Positions 18,780 to 26,245 of a stretch of 64,000 nucleotides of DNA are shown here, one piece after another (position 1 is the first letter of the stretch; each line of letters opens with the position of its first letter). The DNA is from Candidatus Nomurabacteria bacterium (GTDB taxonomy: Bacteria; Patescibacteriota; Minisyncoccia; Phycocordibacterales; SBAW01): contig CALRFF010000002.1 in the NCBI GenBank assembly GCA_943356495.1, forward strand, positions 12,596-76,595, written 5' to 3'. Below the pieces are notes generated by a model. The model did not search any database. It had not been told where the DNA came from and was given only the letters and a program-made list of their open reading frames with translations. A program made the translations under genes and the position numbers.

Positions 18780-19647
18780 CGCTCCACCGGGCAAAAATGC
18801 CGCAAGGCAAGGCGCGGCCCGCAGTATCGGCAATGGCAAGGTCGCCGTACTCTATTTCGCCGCCGAATTTTTTTACAAACTGCTCGAGGTTGTATGCAAA
18901 CGCCAGCGATGAGTAGCCGGCTGCGTATCCGTTGATTAAAAAGAATGCAGGTGTGTCGCTCAAAAGCTCACCGCACAACTTAACAAGCTCGACAAAATCT
19001 TCTTCTATCTTCCACAACTCTTTTTTTGGGCCGTGGCCGAACGCCGGCGGGTCCATAATTATCCCGTCGTACTTTGCCCCCCTTTTTATTTCGCGTTTTA
19101 CAAATTGCAGCGCGTCCTCGACAATCCAACGGACAGGTTTGTCCTCCAAACCGGAGAGTGCGGCATTTTCGCGCGCCCACGCGACCGCAGTTTTACTTGC
19201 GTCGACATGCGTTACCGATGCGCCCGCTTGCGCCGCGGCAAGCGTCGCCCCGCCAGTGTACCCAAAAAGATTTAAAACAGTGTTTGGTTTTTGCGCGGCA
19301 ACCCACTCCCAGTTAGACAGTTGTTCAGGGAAAAGTCCTGTGTGTTTAAAGCTAGTAGGCTTAATTAAAAACTGCAGACCGCCAAGAGTTATCTGCCAGC
19401 TCTTCGGTAACTCTTTTTCAATCCACTTCCCCTGCCTACCGGCAGGCAGGCTTCCCTGCCCTTTTGTTCTTTCGTAGCGGCCTTGGGCTTTGGCCCACTC
19501 GGCTTCGCCCAACTGCTTTTGCCACAAAGCCTGCGGGTCGGGGCGCGCCAATAGTACATCGCCAAAACGTTCAAGCTTCTCTTCCCCACCGGAGTCGAGC
19601 AGCTCGTAGTCTTTGCTTGGGTTGGTGGTGAGGGTTATCTGTTTCAT
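18769..19647 (-). CDS. Class I SAM-dependent methyltransferase (RlmI/RlmK-like)
   Basis: HTGLFPEQ, VLNLFGYTGG, HVDAS, MDPPAFG. Confidence 0.88.
   Translation of the reverse strand: MKQITLTTNPSKDYELLDSGGEEKLERFGDVLLARPDPQALWQKQLGEAEWAKAQGRYERTKGQGSLPAGRQGKWIEKELPKSWQITLGGLQFLIKPTSFKHTGLFPEQLSNWEWVAAQKPNTVLNLFGYTGGATLAAAQAGASVTHVDASKTAVAWARENAALSGLEDKPVRWIVEDALQFVKREIKRGAKYDGIIMDPPAFGHGPKKELWKIEEDFVELVKLCGELLSDTPAFFLINGYAAGYSSLAFAYNLEQFVKKFGGEIEYGDLAIADTAGRALPCGIFARWSATS
19431..19450. repeat. Palindromic repeat copy 2, in-frame inside the methyltransferase gene (encodes LPAGRQ)
   Basis: CCTGCCTACCGGCAGGCAGG. Confidence 0.85.
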
Positions 19648-19655
19648 GTGAAATA
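19640..19655. promoter_or_regulatory. parS-like site
   Basis: TGTTTCATGTGAAATA, 14/16 to TGTTTCACGTGAAACA. Confidence 0.7.
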
Positions 19656-19729
19656 TGGTCGGGGCGCCCAGAATCGAACTGGGTCATTCTGCTCCCAAAG
19701 CAGACGTACTACCGGTATACGACGCCCCG
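19656..19729 (-). tRNA. tRNA-Pro(TGG) with encoded CCA
   Basis: CGGGGCG acceptor, TCTGC-TTTGGGA-GCAGA anticodon arm, GTTCGATTC. Confidence 0.95.
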
Positions 19730-19748
19730 AATGTCTTTTATGTGTCCT

Positions 19749-20144
19749 TTAGAGTATTACGTTCTCTATAACCTCTACTTTAGCCCGCCGAGTCGAAAAA
19801 TCCAAGTAAACACAAGCTAAATCGATCTGCCACGGCCGCCGCTCGGGTACATGGTGGTCCAATAGATAGGTTTGCACTGCCCTATGGAGCCTTTTGAGCT
19901 TAGCAGGATGCATATTTTCCTCCGGCCTTATCCGCAAACTGGCAGATGTTTCGCGTGAAACCGACTTTACCTCGACAAAACTAAGCAAATCCCCTTTTTC
20001 TGCAACGATATCTATCTCTCCCCAAGGCTTGAGGTAATTACGCTCAAGTACCCGAAATCCCCTTTTTTCGAGCCATTTACAGGCGACATCCTCCCCTATA
20101 TCGCCTATTTTCCTCTTTATTGTCCTTTTGGAGTCAGTTTTCAC
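19749..20144 (-). CDS. yraN: YraN family nuclease (UPF0102)
   Basis: G..GE..A..WL, ERNY, GEIDIVA, FVEVK. Confidence 0.9.
   Translation of the reverse strand: MKTDSKRTIKRKIGDIGEDVACKWLEKRGFRVLERNYLKPWGEIDIVAEKGDLLSFVEVKSVSRETSASLRIRPEENMHPAKLKRLHRAVQTYLLDHHVPERRPWQIDLACVYLDFSTRRAKVEVIENVIL
19947..19962. promoter_or_regulatory. parS-like site inside yraN
   Basis: TGTTTCGCGTGAAACC, 14/16; read as VSRET in the protein. Confidence 0.7.
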
Positions 20145-20152
20145 GGGAAACG
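20137..20152. promoter_or_regulatory. Degenerate parS-like site over the yraN start
   Basis: GTTTTCACGGGAAACG, 12/16. Confidence 0.45.
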
Positions 20153-20332
20153 TCTAAATATGTTACTAAGTAACAAAAACGGCTATTTTACCTGAAAAAG
20201 GCATGAAGGACAGGTTTTTAGTGTCTTTTAATGCACATGTCCCCAACCTTATCCACAGCTTTTGGGTTTTTTGTTGCCCCAAAAGGGGATTTTTGTCCCC
20301 ACCCTTGCTGTCTTTGAGAAACTGTTACTGCT

Positions 20333-20406
20333 TGGTGCGGTCAGGGAGAATCGAACTCCCGCCTGCTCCTTGGCAAGGAGCCGTCCTACCACTAAACTAT
20401 GACCGC
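20333..20406 (-). tRNA. tRNA-Gly(GCC) with encoded CCA
   Basis: GCGGTCA acceptor, GCTCC-TTGCCAA-GGAGC anticodon arm, GTTCGATTC. Confidence 0.95.
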
Positions 20407-20477
20407 GAGTGAGGTATCGAGTACAAGCTTGCTTGTACTTCGACCGAGCGAGCGGGGCATATCGAAGATATGACCGC
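20398..20477 (+). repeat. Structured repeat element at tRNA-Gly 5' end, flanked by 9-bp direct repeat TATGACCGC
   Basis: GTACAAG-CTTG-CTTGTAC hairpin, CCGAGCGAGCG; TATGACCGC at 20398-20406 and 20469-20477. Confidence 0.7.
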
Positions 20478-20514
20478 TTGCGATGAAGACTATATCATAA
20501 AATCTGACCTCTTG

Positions 20515-20586
20515 TGCCTCCGGAGGGACTCGAACCCCCAACAACTGCTTCGAAGGCAGCGATGATATCCATTTCACCACAGAGGC
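20515..20586 (-). tRNA. tRNA-Arg(TCG), CCA not encoded
   Basis: GCCTCTG acceptor, GCTGC-CTTCGAA-GCAGT anticodon arm, GTTCGAGTC. Confidence 0.93.
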
Positions 20587-20606
20587 CTGCCTGCCGGCAG
20601 GCAGGC
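20585..20606. repeat. Palindromic repeat copy 3 (perfect 22-mer) abutting the tRNA-Arg 5' end
   Basis: GCCTGCCTGCCGGCAGGCAGGC. Confidence 0.85.
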
Positions 20607-20622
20607 GTGCTAGAATCATGCC

Positions 20623-22095
20623 ATGCAACTGCGCCCCAGCCAAATACCCGCCGAGGTACTGCGGGTGGTGGAGGGCCTAACAAAAGGGGGGTTTGAGGCA
20701 TGGGTAGTAGGGGGGTGCGTACGCGACCTTTTACTTGGCCGCCGACCTAACGACTGGGATATCACGACCAACGCCAACCCCGAGCAGATACAAGCCTTGT
20801 TCGAAAACACCTTTTATACCAACGAATTTGGCACCGTCGGTGTAGTAAACGACGCTGTTGTGGACGAAACGCTAAAGGTGGTGGAAGTTACTCCCTATAG
20901 GCTAGAGGGGAGGTATAGCGACGCCCGACGCCCGGACAGTGTCATTTTTAGCCAAAAAATAGAGGACGATCTTAAGCGTCGCGACTTTACTATCAATGCG
21001 CTTGCTTACGATCCCACTAAAGGACAGTTAATCGACCTGTATGACGGTATAAAAGACATCTCTGCGGGCCTTATACGGGCCGTAGGCGAGCCAAAATTAC
21101 GTTTTGACGAGGATGCACTGCGCATACTGCGCGCCGTGCGTATCGCCGCCCAGTTGAGTTTTACGATAGAGCTAAAAACAGAGGAGGCAATGGGGGAGAC
21201 CGCCGCCCAGCTAGGAAAGATCTCTAAAGAGCGCGTCCGCGACGAATTTGTACGTATTATCAACTCGCAAAAGCCTATGGATGCCCTTATTTTGAGCCAT
21301 AAACTGGGCATTTTGCAGTACATACTGCCGGAGCTCGAGGAGGGGATAGATGTCGAGCAAAATCAGGCCCATAAATACGATGTATACGAGCACAACTTAC
21401 GCGCACTCCAACATGCAGCCGATAAGGAGTGGGGTTTCGACGTCCGGCTAGCCGCACTACTGCACGACATAGGAAAACCCAAAAGCCGGCGCTGGTCGGA
21501 CGACAAAAAGGACTGGACCTTCCACGGCCACGACGTCGTAGGGGCAAAAATGGCCAAAAAGATTCTTACGGACCTTAAATTTTCACGTGAAACGATAGAA
21601 AAAACGGTAAAGATGGTGCGTTGGCACATGTTCTTTAGCGATCCGGAGAAGGTAACGCTCTCGGCGGTGCGCCGTATTATCGTTAATGTTGGCAAAGAAA
21701 ACATAGATCAGCTTATCGAGCTGCGTATCTGCGACCGTATAGGCACCGGCCGGCCTAAAGCACAGCCGTTCCGCCTACGTAAATACCAAGCGATGATAGA
21801 CGAGGCTTTGCGGGACCCTATATCGGTCGCCATGCTCAAAATAGACGGTCACCGGTTGATAGAGATGGGGGAGAAGCCCGGCCCACGGCTGGGTTGGACG
21901 CTCCACGCATTGTTGGAGGAGGTGCTCGAAGACCCTACAAAAAATACTGCCGAATATTTGGAAGGGAGGGCAGACGAGCTGCTTGAGCTGACTGACGCTG
22001 AGCTCAAAACGCTCGGCGTAGAAGGTAAGGAAAAGAAAGAGGAGCTAGAGGAAGCGGAGATAAAAGACATTCACAAGAAGCATTTCGTAGACTAA
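20623..22095 (+). CDS. cca: CCA-adding tRNA nucleotidyltransferase with HD domain
   Basis: VGGCVRD, DWD, RRDFTINA, EDALRILRA, LLHDIGK. Confidence 0.92.
   Translation: MQLRPSQIPAEVLRVVEGLTKGGFEAWVVGGCVRDLLLGRRPNDWDITTNANPEQIQALFENTFYTNEFGTVGVVNDAVVDETLKVVEVTPYRLEGRYSDARRPDSVIFSQKIEDDLKRRDFTINALAYDPTKGQLIDLYDGIKDISAGLIRAVGEPKLRFDEDALRILRAVRIAAQLSFTIELKTEEAMGETAAQLGKISKERVRDEFVRIINSQKPMDALILSHKLGILQYILPELEEGIDVEQNQAHKYDVYEHNLRALQHAADKEWGFDVRLAALLHDIGKPKSRRWSDDKKDWTFHGHDVVGAKMAKKILTDLKFSRETIEKTVKMVRWHMFFSDPEKVTLSAVRRIIVNVGKENIDQLIELRICDRIGTGRPKAQPFRLRKYQAMIDEALRDPISVAMLKIDGHRLIEMGEKPGPRLGWTLHALLEEVLEDPTKNTAEYLEGRADELLELTDAELKTLGVEGKEKKEELEEAEIKDIHKKHFVD
21579..21594. promoter_or_regulatory. parS-like site inside cca
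   Basis: ATTTTCACGTGAAACG with perfect core TTTCACGTGAAAC. Confidence 0.7.
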
Positions 22096-22179
22096 CAAGA
22101 GTATAAAAGACACTTGTCCACAGGTATGTCCTTTACAGTGTCCTTTATAACCGTATTATTACTCTTAGATAAAAAGTTT

Positions 22180-22378
22180 AGCTAATTCCTTTAACCCTGT
22201 AGGAGTTGGTATTAAACATCAGTTCATTCGTTCACGACATGTCAGGGTCGTTTCTTAATCTCATTGTCAACGTCGAGCAGTGTGGTATTCCCTCACTCTT
22301 CGAAAAAATTGTGGAATTTACCACACGTTAGTTCTTCGCAGAACCGCAAGGTTCCCGGTTTAAGAAACACCGACCCCG
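22180..22378 (+). ncRNA. Candidate structured ncRNA (rod with central bubble, 6S-like architecture)
   Basis: GGGTCG.TTTCTTAA pairs with TTAAGAAA...CGACCC; GTGTGGTA.TTCC pairs with GGAA.TACCACAC; GAACC-GCAA-GGTTC hairpin; upstream TTTACA/TATTAT; downstream terminator. Confidence 0.55.
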
Positions 22379-22379
22379 T

Positions 22380-22412
22380 AGCCCGCCAACCTCTGTGGCG
22401 GGCTTTGTATTT
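22380..22412 (+). terminator. Intrinsic terminator
   Basis: AGCCCGCCA-ACCTCTG-TGGCGGGCT-TTGTATTT. Confidence 0.75.
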
Positions 22413-22415
22413 CTA

Positions 22416-23219
22416 CTACTTAAGCTCTATAACCACCGGGCAGTGGTCGGAGCCGTAGACCTCGGGCAGGATGTACGCCTTTTTTAAACGGGGGAGGAGT
22501 TTTTTAGAGACGAACCAGTAGTCGATGCGCCAGCCGACGTTGCGTGCCCGCGCATTGGCCCAGTGCGTCCACCACGTATAGTGACCGTTACCTTTAGGTA
22601 CAAAGTGACGGAACGAGTCTGCAAAGCCGGCTTTTATTATATTGTCGATGCCCTCGCGCTCCTCATCGGTAAAGCCGTGCTCGCCGACGTTGGGCTTGGG
22701 GTTGGCTAGGTCATCCTCGGTGTGCGCAACGTTGAGGTCGCCGCTAAAGAGGACCGGCTTTTGTTTATCAAGACGCTTCATGTACTCGAGAAACGCCGGA
22801 TCCCATTGCTTGTGTCGCAGACTAAGCCGCGAGAGATCGTCTTTGCTGTTGGGTGTATAGGAAGTAACGACAAAAAAGTCTTCGAGCTCGACGGTAACCA
22901 CACGTCCCTCGCGGTTGGGGTCGCCATAACTGTCGTCGTGCAATTTATATTTTTTGCACAGATCCTCCGGCAGACCGTGCATCTCATCTATTACTTCGAT
23001 GTCCTTTTTTACAAAAATGGCCGTGCCGCTGTAGCCTTTTTTCTCAGCACTGTTCCAATATTCCTCATACTCTTTTAAATCAACTTCCGCTTGCCCCCGC
23101 TCGGCCTTGGTTTCCTGCAAACAAACAACATCGGGCTTATACGCCTTCATAAAAGCTTGGAAATCACCCTTCTTAACGACCGCGCGTATGCCGTTGACGT
23201 TCCATGACGCAAGCTTCAT
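22416..23219 (-). CDS. xth: Exodeoxyribonuclease III / AP endonuclease
   Basis: SWNVNGIRA, CLQETK, GDLNVAH, GWRIDY, SDHCP. Confidence 0.96.
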   Translation of the reverse strand: MKLASWNVNGIRAVVKKGDFQAFMKAYKPDVVCLQETKAERGQAEVDLKEYEEYWNSAEKKGYSGTAIFVKKDIEVIDEMHGLPEDLCKKYKLHDDSYGDPNREGRVVTVELEDFFVVTSYTPNSKDDLSRLSLRHKQWDPAFLEYMKRLDKQKPVLFSGDLNVAHTEDDLANPKPNVGEHGFTDEEREGIDNIIKAGFADSFRHFVPKGNGHYTWWTHWANARARNVGWRIDYWFVSKKLLPRLKKAYILPEVYGSDHCPVVIELK

Positions 23220-23314
23220 ATCGAGACAATACCATATTGTTCTTTCATAAAGTCTTCAGACAAGCTTGGCTATACATACGAGCGGACTGCACCTCTGTCG
23301 GAAGGGGAGAGAAA

Positions 23315-23617
23315 GTGAAAAGACTCATGGCTGCCCAACCTGACTTGACGACCGCCCAAGCGCGTCTTGACGCTTTGCTGCCGGACCCGCGGGGCAAAAC
23401 CCTTATCGAGCTCATACAATGGGTTATTGCCAACGACTCGGACTATAAGGGCCTGGAGGAACGGGAAATCTTTGTCAAAGCCTGCGGCGACCCGAAGGAA
23501 GGCCTAGCCAAATACAAAGAGGCCTGCAAAACCGGTGACGACGTATGCGTACGCACTTTCTGCCTCGCACGTATGCACAAGCTAACAAAAGGCATACTTG
23601 CCCAACCCCTCGCCTGA
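23315..23617 (+). CDS. Hypothetical orphan protein (~100 aa)
   Basis: GGGGAG SD before GTG 23315 (alternative ATG 23327); terminator-like hairpin at the end. Confidence 0.55.
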   Translation: MKRLMAAQPDLTTAQARLDALLPDPRGKTLIELIQWVIANDSDYKGLEEREIFVKACGDPKEGLAKYKEACKTGDDVCVRTFCLARMHKLTKGILAQPLA

Positions 23618-23639
23618 AATACGGCGGGGGATTTCTTTA

Positions 23640-24512
23640 TTATTTTCTTCGTTGACCGTGGAATTTTTTGTGTATCTCGCGCAAGTGTTTGTCGGTAACG
23701 TGCGTGTAGACCTGTGTAGTGGCGATGTTGGCGTGGCCGAGGAGCGCCTGCACACTGCGCAAGTCGGCGCCGTTTTCTAAAAGGTCAGTGGCAAAGCTGT
23801 GACGGATAACATGCGGAGTTACTTTGCGGGTAATACCGGCCGCGATAGCGTGTTTTTTGACTATGCGCTCAACCGAGCGCGGAGTAAGAGGAAAGAGCGC
23901 GTCACTGTCGAGGTCGGTACGCTTTTTTTCGTACGCTCTCAAAGCCTCCTTCGCACCACTACTTAAAAATACTACCCGTATTTTTTCGCCTTTGCCGCGC
24001 ACGCTAAACTCGTCGCGCGAAAGATCGAGGTCGCGGTTGAGCCGGCATAGCTCGCTTACGCGCAAACCGGTGCTAAACAGAAGCTCCATAATCGCCTTAT
24101 CGCGCAGTGCCGCGAGGCCCGTGCCCTTAACATTGATTAAACGGTTTAACTCGTCTGTCGAAATCAAATCCAAATCTCTCGCGCCCACTTTAGCCAACTC
24201 GATGCGCTCGGGATTTAAACTTTCAAAATCGCGCTTGCGCAAAAACTTTAAAAACGCGCGCAAACTGATCATGTAGTAGTTTTGCGTCTTATGCTTCATC
24301 GTGCCGGTCGTACCCGCCTGGCGATTAAGGTGTATGCGGAATTCGCGCACCATCGCCTCGGTAATTTTGGCAGGGGAGGACACCTTAGTGTGGGTAAGAA
24401 AGCGGGTGAGGTACCTATCATAATTCTCGACCGTCTTAATAGAACGGCCCTTCTCTATCTCCAGATACTCCAAAAACTGGTTCTTGAGCTCGTGTAGTTG
24501 GTTTGGTGCCAT
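23640..24512 (-). CDS. xer: XerC/XerD-family tyrosine recombinase
   Basis: SAM-like N-domain; TGLRVSEL, GKGEK, HVIRHSFAT, LLGH, TQVY catalytic residues. Confidence 0.92.
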   Translation of the reverse strand: MAPNQLHELKNQFLEYLEIEKGRSIKTVENYDRYLTRFLTHTKVSSPAKITEAMVREFRIHLNRQAGTTGTMKHKTQNYYMISLRAFLKFLRKRDFESLNPERIELAKVGARDLDLISTDELNRLINVKGTGLAALRDKAIMELLFSTGLRVSELCRLNRDLDLSRDEFSVRGKGEKIRVVFLSSGAKEALRAYEKKRTDLDSDALFPLTPRSVERIVKKHAIAAGITRKVTPHVIRHSFATDLLENGADLRSVQALLGHANIATTQVYTHVTDKHLREIHKKFHGQRRK

Positions 24513-24614
24513 GCGTCGCACAATATTTTAGCACTCTTTTTGCCATATTCTATATATATGGTGTTTTGCGGGGCACCCCTTGCGGAAAAGTCGTGCGCGT
24601 GATAGAGTGCTGAC

Positions 24615-24881
24615 ATGCTGACCAAGCAGAAAAAGGCTAAAACTATAAAGGAATCCGCTGTTCATGATAAGGACACCGGCTCTCCCGAGGTGCAAATCGC
24701 CCTTTTGTCGAAGGGAATTGAAGAGCTTACCTCGCATTTGAAAAAGCACTTGAAGGACAAGCACAGCCGCCGCGGTCTCCTCCAGATGGTGGCCGATCGC
24801 CGCACCCATTTGAAGTATTTGGAAGGTAAAGACAAAAAGCGCTACAACGCTATTGTGAAGAAGCTCAGTTTGAAGAAGTAA
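24615..24881 (+). CDS. rpsO: 30S ribosomal protein S15
   Basis: DTGSPEVQIALL, HLK.H.KD.HSRRGLL. Confidence 0.97.
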   Translation: MLTKQKKAKTIKESAVHDKDTGSPEVQIALLSKGIEELTSHLKKHLKDKHSRRGLLQMVADRRTHLKYLEGKDKKRYNAIVKKLSLKK

Positions 24882-24996
24882 ACTTTTTTGGGCGTTTGTG
24901 TAAGAGCTTCACTACTTCTTCGTATATACTAAGGTAAGGTCTATTTTGTATTGGTTGGCGCGTTCTTTTTATTTTGTTCGTAATTGTTTTAATTTT

Positions 24997-25058
24997 TATG
25001 GCCTAGCGAAGCAGGCAAACGAAAGTTTACTTTCGATTTGCTGCGAGCGACGGACATA
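24997..25058 (+). repeat. Structured repeat element, copy in the NYN-gene 5' leader
   Basis: CTAGCGAAGC...CGAAAG-TTTA-CTTTCG...GCGAGCGACG; outer stem TATGGCC/GGACATA. Confidence 0.7.
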
Positions 25059-25066
25059 TTCCTAAT

Positions 25067-25735
25067 ATGGCTATCATTAAGCATAAAAGCCAGCGTGTCG
25101 GCATTTTTATAGACACGCAAAACCTGTATCACTCGGCGAAGAATCTTTACAAAAGCAAAGTTAACTTTGGCGCAGTAGTTAAAGAAGCAGTGGCGGGGCG
25201 CAATCTTATCCGCGCCATCGCCTATGTTATCCGCACCGAAAGCGAGGAGGAAAAGGGTTTTTTTGAGGCCCTGAACAAGCTGGGTATCGAAACCAAAGTC
25301 AAAGACATCCGTATCTTCGCCGGCGGCGCCAAAAAGGCCGACTGGGACATCGGCATGGCTATCGACGCCGTGGCGATGGGCCAAAAGCTCGACACAGTAA
25401 TCTTGGCAACCGGCGACGGCGACTTTGTACCTTTGGTTGAGTATCTTAAGTACACCTACGGTGTACAAGTTGAGGTTATAGCCTTCGGCAAATCGTCCTC
25501 GGGCCAGTTGCGCGAGGCGGCCGACGACTATATCGACATATGCGAAGACCCGCGTGCCTTCCTTATAGGCTTTCGCGGCGGGGTAGGGCGCTACCTCGGG
25601 CTTGGCGGCAAGTCCGGCAATGGTGGCGGCAAAGAGGGCCGCATAGACGCCGACACCAGTATCGAAACCACCGAAGCGCCCGAGGAGTGGAACGGCCAAG
25701 GGGAGGACCCCGCTATCCGCATGTCGGGTGAATAA
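25067..25735 (+). CDS. NYN domain (LabA/DUF88, PIN-like) putative ribonuclease
   Basis: IFIDTQNLY, KADWDIGMAIDA, TGDGDFVP, L...AD.YI. Confidence 0.9.
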   Translation: MAIIKHKSQRVGIFIDTQNLYHSAKNLYKSKVNFGAVVKEAVAGRNLIRAIAYVIRTESEEEKGFFEALNKLGIETKVKDIRIFAGGAKKADWDIGMAIDAVAMGQKLDTVILATGDGDFVPLVEYLKYTYGVQVEVIAFGKSSSGQLREAADDYIDICEDPRAFLIGFRGGVGRYLGLGGKSGNGGGKEGRIDADTSIETTEAPEEWNGQGEDPAIRMSGE

Positions 25736-25830
25736 CTAAAACATTTAATTTTTGAAAAGCCCTGATGCTCCTTGCGAGCATAGGGCTTTTTCGTTACTGT
25801 AGCGGCAGAAGGAAACTACAGGGGAGAGTC

Positions 25831-26202
25831 ATGAACGACCAAACAATGAAACTGTGCCCGCAGGGTGTTTGCGTGTGCGGCGCCAGTTCGACAAACAACT
25901 ACCAGCACGACCCGGACTGCCGCTCCAATGCGCCGTGGCCGATTGAGCACACAGCCCATTACTGGAACTACGGTGCCCAAGATGCACTGAGCGGCAAGCT
26001 ACACCAACTCGTGGGTATGCTTAAGCTTACCCAGCCGAGCGTTCAGCAGAAAGTCGCTTATATGCAGGGGTGGTTCTGCACTCGGCGCAAGCTGCATCGC
26101 GGGTCGGAGCGCACTCTGCAGTCGCTCGACCAAGCCATCGACCTTGCCAAAGGCCGACAGCAGCGCGACCACGTCACGCTCGATCCCAGCCCCGCCACAT
26201 AG
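25831..26202 (+). CDS. Hypothetical orphan protein with Cys/His cluster
   Basis: GGGGAG SD; CPQGVCVC..HDPDC; terminator overlapping the stop. Confidence 0.6.
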   Translation: MNDQTMKLCPQGVCVCGASSTNNYQHDPDCRSNAPWPIEHTAHYWNYGAQDALSGKLHQLVGMLKLTQPSVQQKVAYMQGWFCTRRKLHRGSERTLQSLDQAIDLAKGRQQRDHVTLDPSPAT

Positions 26203-26220
26203 GCGGGGCTTTTTCTTTTT
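26188..26220 (+). terminator. Intrinsic terminator
   Basis: AGCCCCGCC-ACATA-GGCGGGGCT followed by a T tract. Confidence 0.85.
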
Positions 26221-26245
26221 ACGTGCTTTCTGTTACAGTTTCACG

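Noticed and set aside
22239-22331. 30-codon ORF (MSGSFLNLIV...) inside the ncRNA candidate
   Set aside because: No SD or leaderless -10 at the right spacing; extensive base-pairing explains the region better.
22340-22360. SRP RNA domain IV (GNRA hairpin)
   Set aside because: Lacks the conserved CAGG/AGCAG internal loop around the tetraloop stem.
23640-24512. Tyrosine recombinase as the integrase of a prophage or island
   Set aside because: Housekeeping Xer-like size and motifs, next to rpsO, with no phage or cargo genes and no att repeats seen. No dif site was recognised in the window.
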